From the NCBI GenBank assembly GCA_964633845.1, contig CAZWLA010000001.1, positions 31,300-95,299 on the forward strand: DNA of 64,000 bases. The letters are read 5' to 3'. Below are positions 50,047 to 58,503 of this stretch, piece by piece (the stretch's first letter is position 1; every line of letters starts with the position of its first letter). The position numbers and the translations under genes were made by a program. The notes under the pieces are model-generated. The model saw nothing but the letters and a program-made list of their open reading frames with translations, made no database searches and had not been told where the DNA came from. This DNA is from an uncultured Arcobacteraceae bacterium. GTDB taxonomy: Bacteria > Campylobacterota > Campylobacteria > Campylobacterales > Arcobacteraceae.

Positions 50047-51187
50047 TAGTTATGGCGTAAAAAATGCCTATATTTTTACAGTATTAATTGGTATTATATT
50101 ATTTGCACCACTTTTTTTCTATACGATGCATATGAAGTCAATTCATGATATTAAAAATGAATTGAAATTAAAGTCAAAAGCTTATTTGATTATACAAAAT
50201 ATGGATGCATTTGATACTCATAGTGAATATTTTAAATATCCTAGGTTTCAAACATTTAGATCTGGTCTTTATAATATAAACGGAACAAAGATATTTTCAA
50301 CTATAGATCATAAGATTCCATCATTGCAAAAGGGTTACTATAAATATAATGACAATGCTTATTTTGTATTGCAGCTACCAGCATATAAGTATTTTAATGC
50401 CTCTTATTTAATAGTCGAAAATAAACTATCTTATAACGATGTTTATAAAAAATCAATTTTTATTGCGTTATCAATTATAGTCTTAATATTTTTATTAAGT
50501 ATTATATTTTTAAATAGGTTTGCCAAACCATTTAAAATAGTAAATAAGCAACTTGATAATTTTATAAAAGATTCTATACACGAGATAAATACACCATTAT
50601 CTATTATAAATATAAATATTGATTTGTTTAATAAAAAGTTTGAATCCAATAAGTATACAAATAGGGTAAAAGCAGCTACAAAGGTATTATCAAATATTTA
50701 TAATGATATGGATTATCTAATTAAGCATGATAGAGTACACTATGACAAGAAAAAAATTAATATGTGCCATATGCTAAAAGAGAGAATTGATTATTTTACT
50801 GAGATAGCTTTGATGAAGAATATTAACATAGTAAGTGATATTCAAAGTGATATTCAAATTAATATAAATCCAAAGCAACTACAAACATTGATTGATAATA
50901 ATATATCTAATGCTATAAAATATTCTTATGAAGAAAATATAATTAATATTAATTTATACACTAAAGACAAGCAATACTATTTAGAATTTACTGATTATGG
51001 TATAGGTATTAAAGATATTGATAAGATATTTACAAGATACTATAGAGAAGAGCGACAAACTGGTGGCTTTGGTATAGGTCTTAATATTGTAAAAACTATA
51101 ATTGATGAGAACAATATCACTTTAGATATTAAATCTGAACCTAAAAAAGGTAGTACATTTATTTATATATTTCCTATGAGTATATAG
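50036..51187 (+). CDS. Sensor histidine kinase
   Basis: 383 aa. TM1, a periplasmic loop of about 110 aa, and TM2. H-box SIHEINTPLSII, N-box NNISNAIKYS, G-boxes DYGIGI and GGFGIGLNIVK. The TTG start overlaps the regulator's end, so the start is uncertain. Confidence 0.85.
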   Translation: MNDSSYGVKNAYIFTVLIGIILFAPLFFYTMHMKSIHDIKNELKLKSKAYLIIQNMDAFDTHSEYFKYPRFQTFRSGLYNINGTKIFSTIDHKIPSLQKGYYKYNDNAYFVLQLPAYKYFNASYLIVENKLSYNDVYKKSIFIALSIIVLIFLLSIIFLNRFAKPFKIVNKQLDNFIKDSIHEINTPLSIININIDLFNKKFESNKYTNRVKAATKVLSNIYNDMDYLIKHDRVHYDKKKINMCHMLKERIDYFTEIALMKNINIVSDIQSDIQININPKQLQTLIDNNISNAIKYSYEENIININLYTKDKQYYLEFTDYGIGIKDIDKIFTRYYREERQTGGFGIGLNIVKTIIDENNITLDIKSEPKKGSTFIYIFPMSI

Positions 51188-51218
51188 AGAATTAAAAAGA
51201 TATTATAAATAAATATAA

Positions 51219-51238
51219 TATTTCACACTTATTTCACA
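51219..51238 (+). promoter_or_regulatory. Direct repeat TATTTCACA x2 with 11-bp phasing upstream of soxX (candidate OmpR-type regulator site)
   Basis: TATTTCACA at 51219-51227 and 51230-51238. The second copy ends 9 nt before a TATACT -10 candidate (51248-51253). The soxX ATG is at 51286. Confidence 0.45.
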
Positions 51239-51285
51239 TAATAATTTTATACTTCCACTTGAAATCTATCAGGAGGATTAATTTA

Positions 51286-51849
51286 ATGAAAAAAACAATG
51301 ATTTTATCATCTCTTTTAAGTGTATCTCTTTTAGCTGCAGACTATAGTAGTGTAATTGAATCACCAGATGCAACAGCGATGATTAAAAAAGATTTATTGA
51401 AACCAGCTACAGCGTATGATATGCCAAAAAGTTGTATTTCAACAGATCCGGATGTAATTGCTAGAGGTGCATTTATGTTTCATAATTTAAATGGTAAAAA
51501 AGCAAAAGGTAAATTACCAAAAGGTTTAGCTAAGAAGCAAATGAAGCCAGGTAAAACTTACTTGCCAGGAGACAAAATACCACATAAACAATACGGAAAT
51601 TGCGTAGCATGTCACAATATTGAAGGTGCTAAAGGTGGTGGAAATGTTGGTCCAGATTTAACAGGATATAAAGCTATGTTTATTGACTCTGGTATAAGAG
51701 ACAATAAGTTTGTATTCCAAAAGATTGCAGATCCAAGAGTTGATAATCCAGAAACTACAATGACAATTAACTTAACAACAAAATTATTTACAACAAGAGA
51801 GATATGTGATATCACTTCATATATTGTATCTGAGAAAAAGGGAAAATAG
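51286..51849 (+). CDS. soxX: Monohaem cytochrome c SoxX
   Basis: The track ORF starts at a TTG at 51259. The ATG at 51286 follows AGGAGG and begins the signal peptide MKKTMILSSLLSVSLLA. Motif CVACHNIEGAKGGGNVGPDL. Confidence 0.85.
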   Translation: MKKTMILSSLLSVSLLAADYSSVIESPDATAMIKKDLLKPATAYDMPKSCISTDPDVIARGAFMFHNLNGKKAKGKLPKGLAKKQMKPGKTYLPGDKIPHKQYGNCVACHNIEGAKGGGNVGPDLTGYKAMFIDSGIRDNKFVFQKIADPRVDNPETTMTINLTTKLFTTREICDITSYIVSEKKGK

Positions 51850-52317
51850 ATGGAAAGAAGAAAATTTTTACAAACATTAGGTGCTACAGCAGTAGTTACT
51901 ACTATGGTACCAACAGTTAGTTTTGCAGGTGCTGAAAAACCAACTAGTCCAAATGCGATTTCATATAAAGCTGCAGTAGATGCTATTACTGGTGGAAAAG
52001 AAGCGACAACATCGTCAAAAGTAAAATTAAAAGCTCCAGAGATTGCAGAAAATGGTGCAGTTGTACCAGTTACAGCTACAGTAGAAAGTGCTATGACTGA
52101 TTCTGATTATGTAAAAGCTATCCATATTTTAACTAGTAAAAATGGAAACTCTAGATCAATTAGTGCATACTTAACACCTGCAAATGGAAAAGCAATGCTA
52201 TCAACTAGAATTAAATTAGGAGCAACTCAAGAAGTATCTGCTGTTGCTGAATTAAGTGATGGTTCATTTGTAATTGCATCTCAAAGTGTAAAAGTAACAA
52301 TTGGTGGATGTGGTTGA
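51850..52317 (+). CDS. soxY: Sulfur carrier protein SoxY
   Basis: 155 aa. Tat signal ERRKFLQTLGA. C-terminal carrier arm ends VKVTIGGCG-stop. Confidence 0.92.
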   Translation: MERRKFLQTLGATAVVTTMVPTVSFAGAEKPTSPNAISYKAAVDAITGGKEATTSSKVKLKAPEIAENGAVVPVTATVESAMTDSDYVKAIHILTSKNGNSRSISAYLTPANGKAMLSTRIKLGATQEVSAVAELSDGSFVIASQSVKVTIGGCG

Positions 52318-52367
52318 TCCACTCCCTTTATTAAGCAAAATATAAAAAGAAAATAAAAGGATACAAA

Positions 52368-52700
52368 ATGGGAAGAAAATCATTAATTAAAATTAAGCCA
52401 AAAAAATATAAAGCTGGTGATGTAGTAAAAGTAAGTTTCATGATTATGCATGATATGGAAACAGGTCTAAGAAAAGATAAAAAAACTAAAAAAATAGTAC
52501 CAATGGATTATATTTCAGATTTAAAATTTGAATATAATGGAAATACATTTACAACAATGAAAACTTGGGAAACACTATCTGTAAACCCTGTTGTAAGTAC
52601 ATATATGAAAGTGGATGGTAAAGGTAAAATTAATGTTACTTATACTGAAAGCAATGGTGCAACTGGATCTAAATCTAAAAAGATTAAACCAAAAAAATAA
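52368..52700 (+). CDS. soxZ: SoxZ
   Basis: 110 aa. It has no signal peptide, consistent with export as a SoxYZ complex. Ig-like beta pattern, positioned after soxY. Confidence 0.88.
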   Translation: MGRKSLIKIKPKKYKAGDVVKVSFMIMHDMETGLRKDKKTKKIVPMDYISDLKFEYNGNTFTTMKTWETLSVNPVVSTYMKVDGKGKINVTYTESNGATGSKSKKIKPKK

Positions 52701-52709
52701 GGATAATTC

Positions 52710-53480
52710 ATGAAAACAGGAATTAAATTGGCGTTGTCTGTAGCTCTTGTATCAACACTATCTTTTGGTGGTGATCAGTTTGCAATGAGTGATGCAGATA
52801 GAGCGATGTATGCTGAGATGTTAGAAAATAATCCAGCAGATATTATGGTTGGAAATGGTGAAGAACTTCTAGCTCAATTAGGCGGAGATGAAGCACTTGC
52901 AAAGTATTTAGGTGTATCTGAAGATGATTTAGCTGGATTTATTGCAGGTTTTCCAAGATATATCAAAAAGTTTGATAGAGTTGTAGATGTAAGTCAAATG
53001 CTGCAAGCTATGATGCATGATGCTGGTAAAAAGCCATACAAGTTAAAAAGTTCAAATATGTTTGATATGAGTTCATATGTGAAATCAATAGCAAATGGTG
53101 AGCCAAGTAATATTGATGTAAATGCAAATCCTCAGATGAAAGAGATGTATGCACTTGGAAAGAAAACATTTGAGCAAAAAAGAGGTGGAAGAGGGCTTGC
53201 ATGTCTATCGTGTCATGCTCCTTCTGTAATTGGTACGGTTCTAAGAACTCAACCTTTACCAGATTTAAGCAATAAGGGTGTGGCAGTAGCTGCAACATGG
53301 CCAGCATATAGAATGACAAAGTCATCACTTAGAACTCTTCAAAGAAGATTCCAAGGTTGTATGAAAAATGCACTTCTAAAAGTAATACCTCTTGGTTCAA
53401 AAGAGATGGTAGCACTTGAAGTATACTTAACTGAACAAGCTAAAGGGACTGAAATAGCTATCCCTGGACTTAAGAGATAG
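52710..53480 (+). CDS. soxA: Cytochrome c SoxA (monohaem type)
   Basis: 256 aa. Signal peptide, single CLSCHA motif, and the conserved Cys in RRFQGCMKN. Confidence 0.88.
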   Translation: MKTGIKLALSVALVSTLSFGGDQFAMSDADRAMYAEMLENNPADIMVGNGEELLAQLGGDEALAKYLGVSEDDLAGFIAGFPRYIKKFDRVVDVSQMLQAMMHDAGKKPYKLKSSNMFDMSSYVKSIANGEPSNIDVNANPQMKEMYALGKKTFEQKRGGRGLACLSCHAPSVIGTVLRTQPLPDLSNKGVAVAATWPAYRMTKSSLRTLQRRFQGCMKNALLKVIPLGSKEMVALEVYLTEQAKGTEIAIPGLKR

Positions 53481-53489
53481 GGGCATAAA

Positions 53490-55253
53490 GTGGATATTTC
53501 AAGAAGAGACTTTATGCATATTGCAGCAATTCTAGGAATTGGTGCAGCTACAAATGGATATGCTGGAGGTATTAAAACGCCTAATCAGGTTTCATTAAAA
53601 GATATATATGATTTTAAAGCAAAAGGTAACTTCTCATTATTACATATGTGTGATCTGCATGCTCATATTAAGCCACTATATTGGAGAGAGCCATCAACAC
53701 TGATCTCTGCTCCAAATCTTGTAGGAACTCCAGGATTCTTATGTGGTGAAGCATTTGCAAAGCATTATGGTCTAGAGCCATCAAGCTTAGATGCATATTT
53801 TGATACTCATGTTGATTTTGAATCTTTAGCTAAAAAGTTTGGAAAAATGGGTGGAATCGCTCATATCAAAACTGTTTTAAATAAGATTAGAGATGAAAGA
53901 GGTGAAGACAATGTACTTTTCCTTGATTCTGGTGATACTTGGCAGGGTACTGGTGTCGCATTAAAGACTAAAGGTGAAGCGATTGTAAAAGCTCAAAATT
54001 ACCTTGGTGTAGATGTGATGGTTGGTCACTGGGAATTTACTTATGGTAAAGAGAGAGTTAAAGAATTAATAGAGATGCTTGATGCTAAATTTATTTCTCA
54101 AAATGTAGTTGGGAATGATCCATTTGCTGATGAGTTTGAAGAGCTTATTTTTGAACCATATACGATTCAAGAAAAAGGTGGAGCAAAGATTGGTATTATT
54201 GGTCAATCATTCCCATTTACATCTACTGCAAACCCAAAAGAGTTTACTGAGGGTTGGAGTTTTGGACTAAGACTTGATACTTTACAAGAGTATATTGATG
54301 AGCTTAGAAATGAGCATAAAGTTGATTGTGTTGTTGTATTGTCGCATGATGGATTTAGTGTAGACCAAGAAGTTGCTAAAAAAGTAAATGGTATTGACTT
54401 TATTTTAAGTGGACATACTCATGATCCTTCGCCTGAACCAATTATAGTAAATGATACTGTAATTGTAATTGCGGGTAGTCACGGTAAATATGTTGGTAGA
54501 TTAGATGTAGATGCATCAAATGGTAAAGTAAATGGATATGAGTATAAACTTATTCCAATTGCATCAAATATGATTCCTGCTGATCCAGCTGGTGTAAAAC
54601 TTGTAGATGAGCTATACGCTCCATTTGAAAAAGAGTTTAATGAAGTTTTAGGTCAAACTAAAAATATTCTTTATAAAAGAGATACATTCTTCTCTACATT
54701 TGATCAGCTTATCAATGATGCAATCATGGATGAGATGAAGTGTGATATATCATTTACTCCAGGATATAGATGGGGAACTACTGTATTAGCAGGTGATGAT
54801 GTACTAATGGACAATGTATATGAGATGTGTGGTATCACATATCCAGATGTTTATACATTTGATCTAAAAGGTGCAAAGATTGCAAACCTTTTAGAAGATA
54901 TTGCTGATAATGTATTTAATGCAAATCCACTTTTACAACAAGGTGGAGATATGAGTAGACTAGGTGGAGTTACATATAGTATAGCTGTAGCAGCTGAATC
55001 TGGAAAAAGAATTTCAAATCTAATGATTGGTGGTAAGCCAATTGATTTAGATAAGACATATTCTGTGTCATCTTGGGGTGGAAACTTGCAAAAAGCAGGT
55101 GAAAATCTCCAAGAAGACAAGATAAGGCCTGTTTATGATATTACTAGAGATTATATCAGAAGACAAAAAGTTATTGATGTAAGTAACGAAGGTAATGTTA
55201 CTTTGGTTGATTATGATTGTGGATGCCCTGTAAAAGATTCAAGATCTTGCTAG
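53490..55253 (+). CDS. soxB: Thiosulfohydrolase SoxB
   Basis: 587 aa. GTG start, Tat signal SRRDFMHIAA. Dinuclear metallophosphoesterase motifs (DLHAH, GDTWQG, GHWEF, SGHTHD) and a 5'-nucleotidase-like C-domain. Confidence 0.93.
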   Translation: MDISRRDFMHIAAILGIGAATNGYAGGIKTPNQVSLKDIYDFKAKGNFSLLHMCDLHAHIKPLYWREPSTLISAPNLVGTPGFLCGEAFAKHYGLEPSSLDAYFDTHVDFESLAKKFGKMGGIAHIKTVLNKIRDERGEDNVLFLDSGDTWQGTGVALKTKGEAIVKAQNYLGVDVMVGHWEFTYGKERVKELIEMLDAKFISQNVVGNDPFADEFEELIFEPYTIQEKGGAKIGIIGQSFPFTSTANPKEFTEGWSFGLRLDTLQEYIDELRNEHKVDCVVVLSHDGFSVDQEVAKKVNGIDFILSGHTHDPSPEPIIVNDTVIVIAGSHGKYVGRLDVDASNGKVNGYEYKLIPIASNMIPADPAGVKLVDELYAPFEKEFNEVLGQTKNILYKRDTFFSTFDQLINDAIMDEMKCDISFTPGYRWGTTVLAGDDVLMDNVYEMCGITYPDVYTFDLKGAKIANLLEDIADNVFNANPLLQQGGDMSRLGGVTYSIAVAAESGKRISNLMIGGKPIDLDKTYSVSSWGGNLQKAGENLQEDKIRPVYDITRDYIRRQKVIDVSNEGNVTLVDYDCGCPVKDSRSC

Positions 55254-55262
55254 GATATTAGG

Positions 55263-55286
55263 TGTTGGCAGCGGCAACTGCCAACA
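55263..55286 (+). terminator. GC-rich 9-bp stem-loop after soxB (weak terminator/attenuator candidate)
   Basis: TGTTGGCAG, CGGCAA, CTGCCAACA. The T-tract is poor. Confidence 0.4.
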
Positions 55287-55355
55287 ACAATTTGATATAT
55301 AAAATATACACATTGCGAATATATTTTATTATATCTATACAAAAAGGATAATAAA

Positions 55356-56522
55356 ATGAAAAAAACAACAATGATTAAATTAGCGACAAGTGCAGCCGCA
55401 GTATTATTAGCAACAACTTCAGCAAATGCTGGATATACAATGAAAAAACAAGTTGGTGATGCTGCAACTAAGCTTACATTCTTTGGATTCTCTCAAATTG
55501 TAGCAGGATCTGGTGATGGCTTTATCGCAGATGCAAATGACTCACAAGTAAAATTTGGAGCAGATAGATTAAGACTTGGATGGAAATATGTATCTGGACC
55601 AGTAAGAGGTAAAGTATTTTTAGACTTTAACCAAGATGCTGGTGCAAAAGGCAAAGAAGATGTTGGTGCATATAGAGTTGTAAAAGATGCATTTATAGCT
55701 TATAAATTCTCAGATGCCGCAGTTGTGAAAGCTGGTATTATTAAAACTCCTGTAGGTATGGGATTTACAATTCCTGGATGGAATTTAGATATTGTAAAAA
55801 GAGCATTTGATAAGCAACTTGCATTTGAACGAGGAAATGGTTTTATGATCTCTGGAAGAGATATGGGTATGGGTAATGATGCAAAAGTAAATGGACTTGA
55901 GATGGGTCATGAAAGACCAATGCAAGGTTGGGGTTATGATGTTATGATTGGTAACCAAACTACAAGATCAGGAGCAGTTGCTGAAAGTGATGGGGACTCA
56001 TCAAGAGGAAATGCATATATGGCAAGGGTACACTATGATAGAGGTGAAGCACTTCACTTAGAAGTATCTGGTGGTGTATCTCCAGAAGCTGCTGGAACTG
56101 CTGGAAGTGCTGATTATAAAGTATTAAATATCGGTCTTGATTCACACTTTGGTGAAGGTAAAAATATAAAAGCTGAGTACTATGATGTATCTGGTATTAA
56201 AGGTGCTGATCATGATATGGATACTTTAGCATTAACATATACGCAGTATTTAACTCCTAGTTTTGAATTTGCAATCAAAGATATCTCTGGAAATGAAAAT
56301 CAAGCAGGTACAAAAAGAGATATTAGAAATACATATGTAGGATTTAACTACTATCCAAATAAGGTATCTACAAAGATGGATAGAGGTGGAAAAAGAAAAA
56401 ATAACCAACATGTAATCAAAGTAAATTATGTTGCAGTAGCAGGTGATGCAGCAACATTTGTTGGTGCAGGTGGAACATATAAAGATGATGCAGTACTTGC
56501 AATGTACCAATTTAAATTCTAG
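55356..56522 (+). CDS. Outer-membrane beta-barrel porin
   Basis: 388 aa. Signal peptide ending ANA, alternating amphipathic strands, aromatic C-terminus YQFKF. Confidence 0.75.
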   Translation: MKKTTMIKLATSAAAVLLATTSANAGYTMKKQVGDAATKLTFFGFSQIVAGSGDGFIADANDSQVKFGADRLRLGWKYVSGPVRGKVFLDFNQDAGAKGKEDVGAYRVVKDAFIAYKFSDAAVVKAGIIKTPVGMGFTIPGWNLDIVKRAFDKQLAFERGNGFMISGRDMGMGNDAKVNGLEMGHERPMQGWGYDVMIGNQTTRSGAVAESDGDSSRGNAYMARVHYDRGEALHLEVSGGVSPEAAGTAGSADYKVLNIGLDSHFGEGKNIKAEYYDVSGIKGADHDMDTLALTYTQYLTPSFEFAIKDISGNENQAGTKRDIRNTYVGFNYYPNKVSTKMDRGGKRKNNQHVIKVNYVAVAGDAATFVGAGGTYKDDAVLAMYQFKF

Positions 56523-56539
56523 GAATTATTCCTAAAATA

Positions 56540-56568
56540 AATCAAACTACCTTTTGGGTAGTTTGATT
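56540..56568 (+). terminator. 12-bp stem-loop after the porin gene
   Basis: AATCAAACTACC, TTTTG, GGTAGTTTGATT. The downstream sequence is AT-rich but has no clean T-run. Confidence 0.45.
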
Positions 56569-56570
56569 AT

Positions 56571-56666
56571 ATAATTTATAATAAAGTCACTTATTCTTTT
56601 TTCTTTATTATTTCTTAGAGATTTCTATTTCTACAAATATATTTAAGTGGCTTTATTATAAATTAT
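56571..56666. repeat. 23-bp inverted repeat (1 mismatch) with ~50-bp spacer, upstream of the exported thiol/sulfur cluster
   Basis: ATAATTTATAATAAAGTCACTTA (56571-56593) pairs with TAAGTGGCTTTATTATAAATTAT (56644-56666). A TATAAT at 56667-56672 follows immediately, and the ATG is at 56697. Confidence 0.6.
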
Positions 56667-56696
56667 TATAATGTATCATAATCAACACAAGGGATA

Positions 56697-57071
56697 ATGA
56701 TGAGATTACTTTTTATTTTAATTTTTATTACTCTGAATGTATATGCCGTACAATGGCATACTCTTAATGAAGCACAATCTATACAAAAACAAAATTCAAA
56801 AATAATCATGCTTTATATTACAGCATCTCATTGTCCATATTGCAAAAGAATGGATAAAAATGTATTTGAAGATAGAAAAATGTCATCATGGCTTGAAAAT
56901 AGATTTATATCTGTAAAGATTGATATGGATTTTGATGATATACCTATGAATCTAAATCCAAAGATGACACCTACATTTTATTTTATATCTAAAGATGAAA
57001 AAATAATAAAAACAATACCAGGATCTTGGAAAATAGAAGATTTTAAAGATTTAACAGGAAAAATAAAATGA
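56697..57071 (+). CDS. Exported thioredoxin-fold protein (CPYC)
   Basis: 124 aa. Signal peptide and ASHCPYCKRMDKNVF. Same architecture as the ORFs at 8598 and 61454. Confidence 0.75.
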   Translation: MMRLLFILIFITLNVYAVQWHTLNEAQSIQKQNSKIIMLYITASHCPYCKRMDKNVFEDRKMSSWLENRFISVKIDMDFDDIPMNLNPKMTPTFYFISKDEKIIKTIPGSWKIEDFKDLTGKIK

Positions 57072-57511
57072 AAATATTAATTAAATTTTTTAGTATTATT
57101 ACTATACTATCAATAAGTCTATTTGCAGAAACAGAGCTTGTAGAGCCATTACCATCTATAATAGAACCAAGAAAAATAGTATTATCAATAGGAAGTGGTA
57201 AATCAGAAGATATACACCATATTTTAGGAAGTGCAAATAATATTCTTAAATTTTATGGGCCAGAAAAAGTTGAGATGGTAATAGTGGCATATTATCATGG
57301 GATTAAATCAGTAATGCTAGAAAATATGAACATTATAAAAAGAGTGAAAGCACTACAGCTTTATGATGTAGAATTTATAGCATGTGGTAATACTATGAGA
57401 ACAAAAAATATTCAAGAGCATCAATTAATAGATGATATCTCTATTGCTACAGCTGGTCTTGTAGAGATTATTGAGAGACAAAAAGCTGGATATATCAATA
57501 TAAATCCATAA
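57068..57511 (+). CDS. Exported DsrE-superfamily protein (COG1416 / MTH1491-like)
   Basis: 147 aa. Signal peptide, conserved-Cys motif FIACGNTMR, C-terminal AGLVEIIERQKAGYININP typical of this family. ATGA overlap with the previous gene. Confidence 0.65.
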   Translation: MKILIKFFSIITILSISLFAETELVEPLPSIIEPRKIVLSIGSGKSEDIHHILGSANNILKFYGPEKVEMVIVAYYHGIKSVMLENMNIIKRVKALQLYDVEFIACGNTMRTKNIQEHQLIDDISIATAGLVEIIERQKAGYININP

Positions 57512-57574
57512 TATTTCACATTTAGTTCATAAAGGCATGATAATATTCCCATATAAAAATAAGAAGGATATAAT

Positions 57575-58501
57575 ATGAAAAATATTATTTTAGCAGTGGT
57601 ATTTCTTTTAACTGCAACAGTATTAAGTGCAAAAGGTGATCTGCATCTATTTGATGTAGATAATAAAGACAAAAAAATAACTACAAAAACAATTGAACAA
57701 GCTTTTATAGATGGTGGCTTTACAATTGGTATTAATCAAAATATGAATACTCCATTTAAAAAGCAATTTGAACAAACAGATTTTCAAGTATTTACACTTA
57801 TGACTATGTATCATACAAAATTAAGTATAGACCTTGTTAATAAATATGCAGACGCAGGAGTATTTACACCAATGGGTGTTGGTATCTATCAAAAACTTAA
57901 TGATAATACATTACATGTATCTGTATTAACTGCTAAAGCACATGAAAAAATATTAGGTATTTCAAATAGTCCAATACTGCAAGAGATTGAGGCTAAGGTA
58001 TTAGCAATACTAAAAAAGGCTCTGCCAAACGCAAACTATAAACTAAGTGATAAACCGTTAGGTGAATCAAGAAAATTATTAACTAAATATGAGCTTGCAC
58101 TAGAAGAAGATGATGATGCTGATGAAATCATAGAAGAGCTTCAAATGACACTTGAGTCATCATTTAAGCCAAAAGGGTTTGTAGTTCCAAAGAAATTAAC
58201 ATTTGATATGGATTTAAATCCAGATGATAAAGATGATTCTATATATGAGTATTATATAAATTATTCTATCTGTAAGTTAGAGGTTATATATACAGTTGCA
58301 AAGACACGACCAGATGCTGCTGCATTTGCTCCATGTACAACAATGGTATATAAAAAAAGAGATGAAAATAAGATTGTTTTAGGGTTCCCATCTGTATACA
58401 ATTGGATGAGTAGTGCACTTGTAGATGATAAAGCATCTTTAGATGCTTTAATGAAAGCACAAAATGATTTTGAAGGAATACTTCAAGAGGTAACAGAATA
58501 G
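57575..58501 (+). CDS. Exported protein with two DUF302-like halves
   Basis: 308 aa with a signal peptide. Half 1: GGFTIGINQN...AGVFTPMGVGIYQKLNDNTLHVSVL. Half 2: PKGFVVPKKL...AAFAPCTTMVYKKRDENKIVLGFP. An acidic linker EEDDDADE separates them. Assignment is by eye only. Confidence 0.55.
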   Translation: MKNIILAVVFLLTATVLSAKGDLHLFDVDNKDKKITTKTIEQAFIDGGFTIGINQNMNTPFKKQFEQTDFQVFTLMTMYHTKLSIDLVNKYADAGVFTPMGVGIYQKLNDNTLHVSVLTAKAHEKILGISNSPILQEIEAKVLAILKKALPNANYKLSDKPLGESRKLLTKYELALEEDDDADEIIEELQMTLESSFKPKGFVVPKKLTFDMDLNPDDKDDSIYEYYINYSICKLEVIYTVAKTRPDAAAFAPCTTMVYKKRDENKIVLGFPSVYNWMSSALVDDKASLDALMKAQNDFEGILQEVTE

Positions 58502-58503
58502 TT

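Noticed and set aside
51259-51285. TTG-initiated extension of soxX (MKSIRRINL-).
   Set aside because: AGGAGG at 51271-51276 sits inside the extension, correctly spaced for the ATG at 51286. That ATG starts a normal Sec signal peptide.
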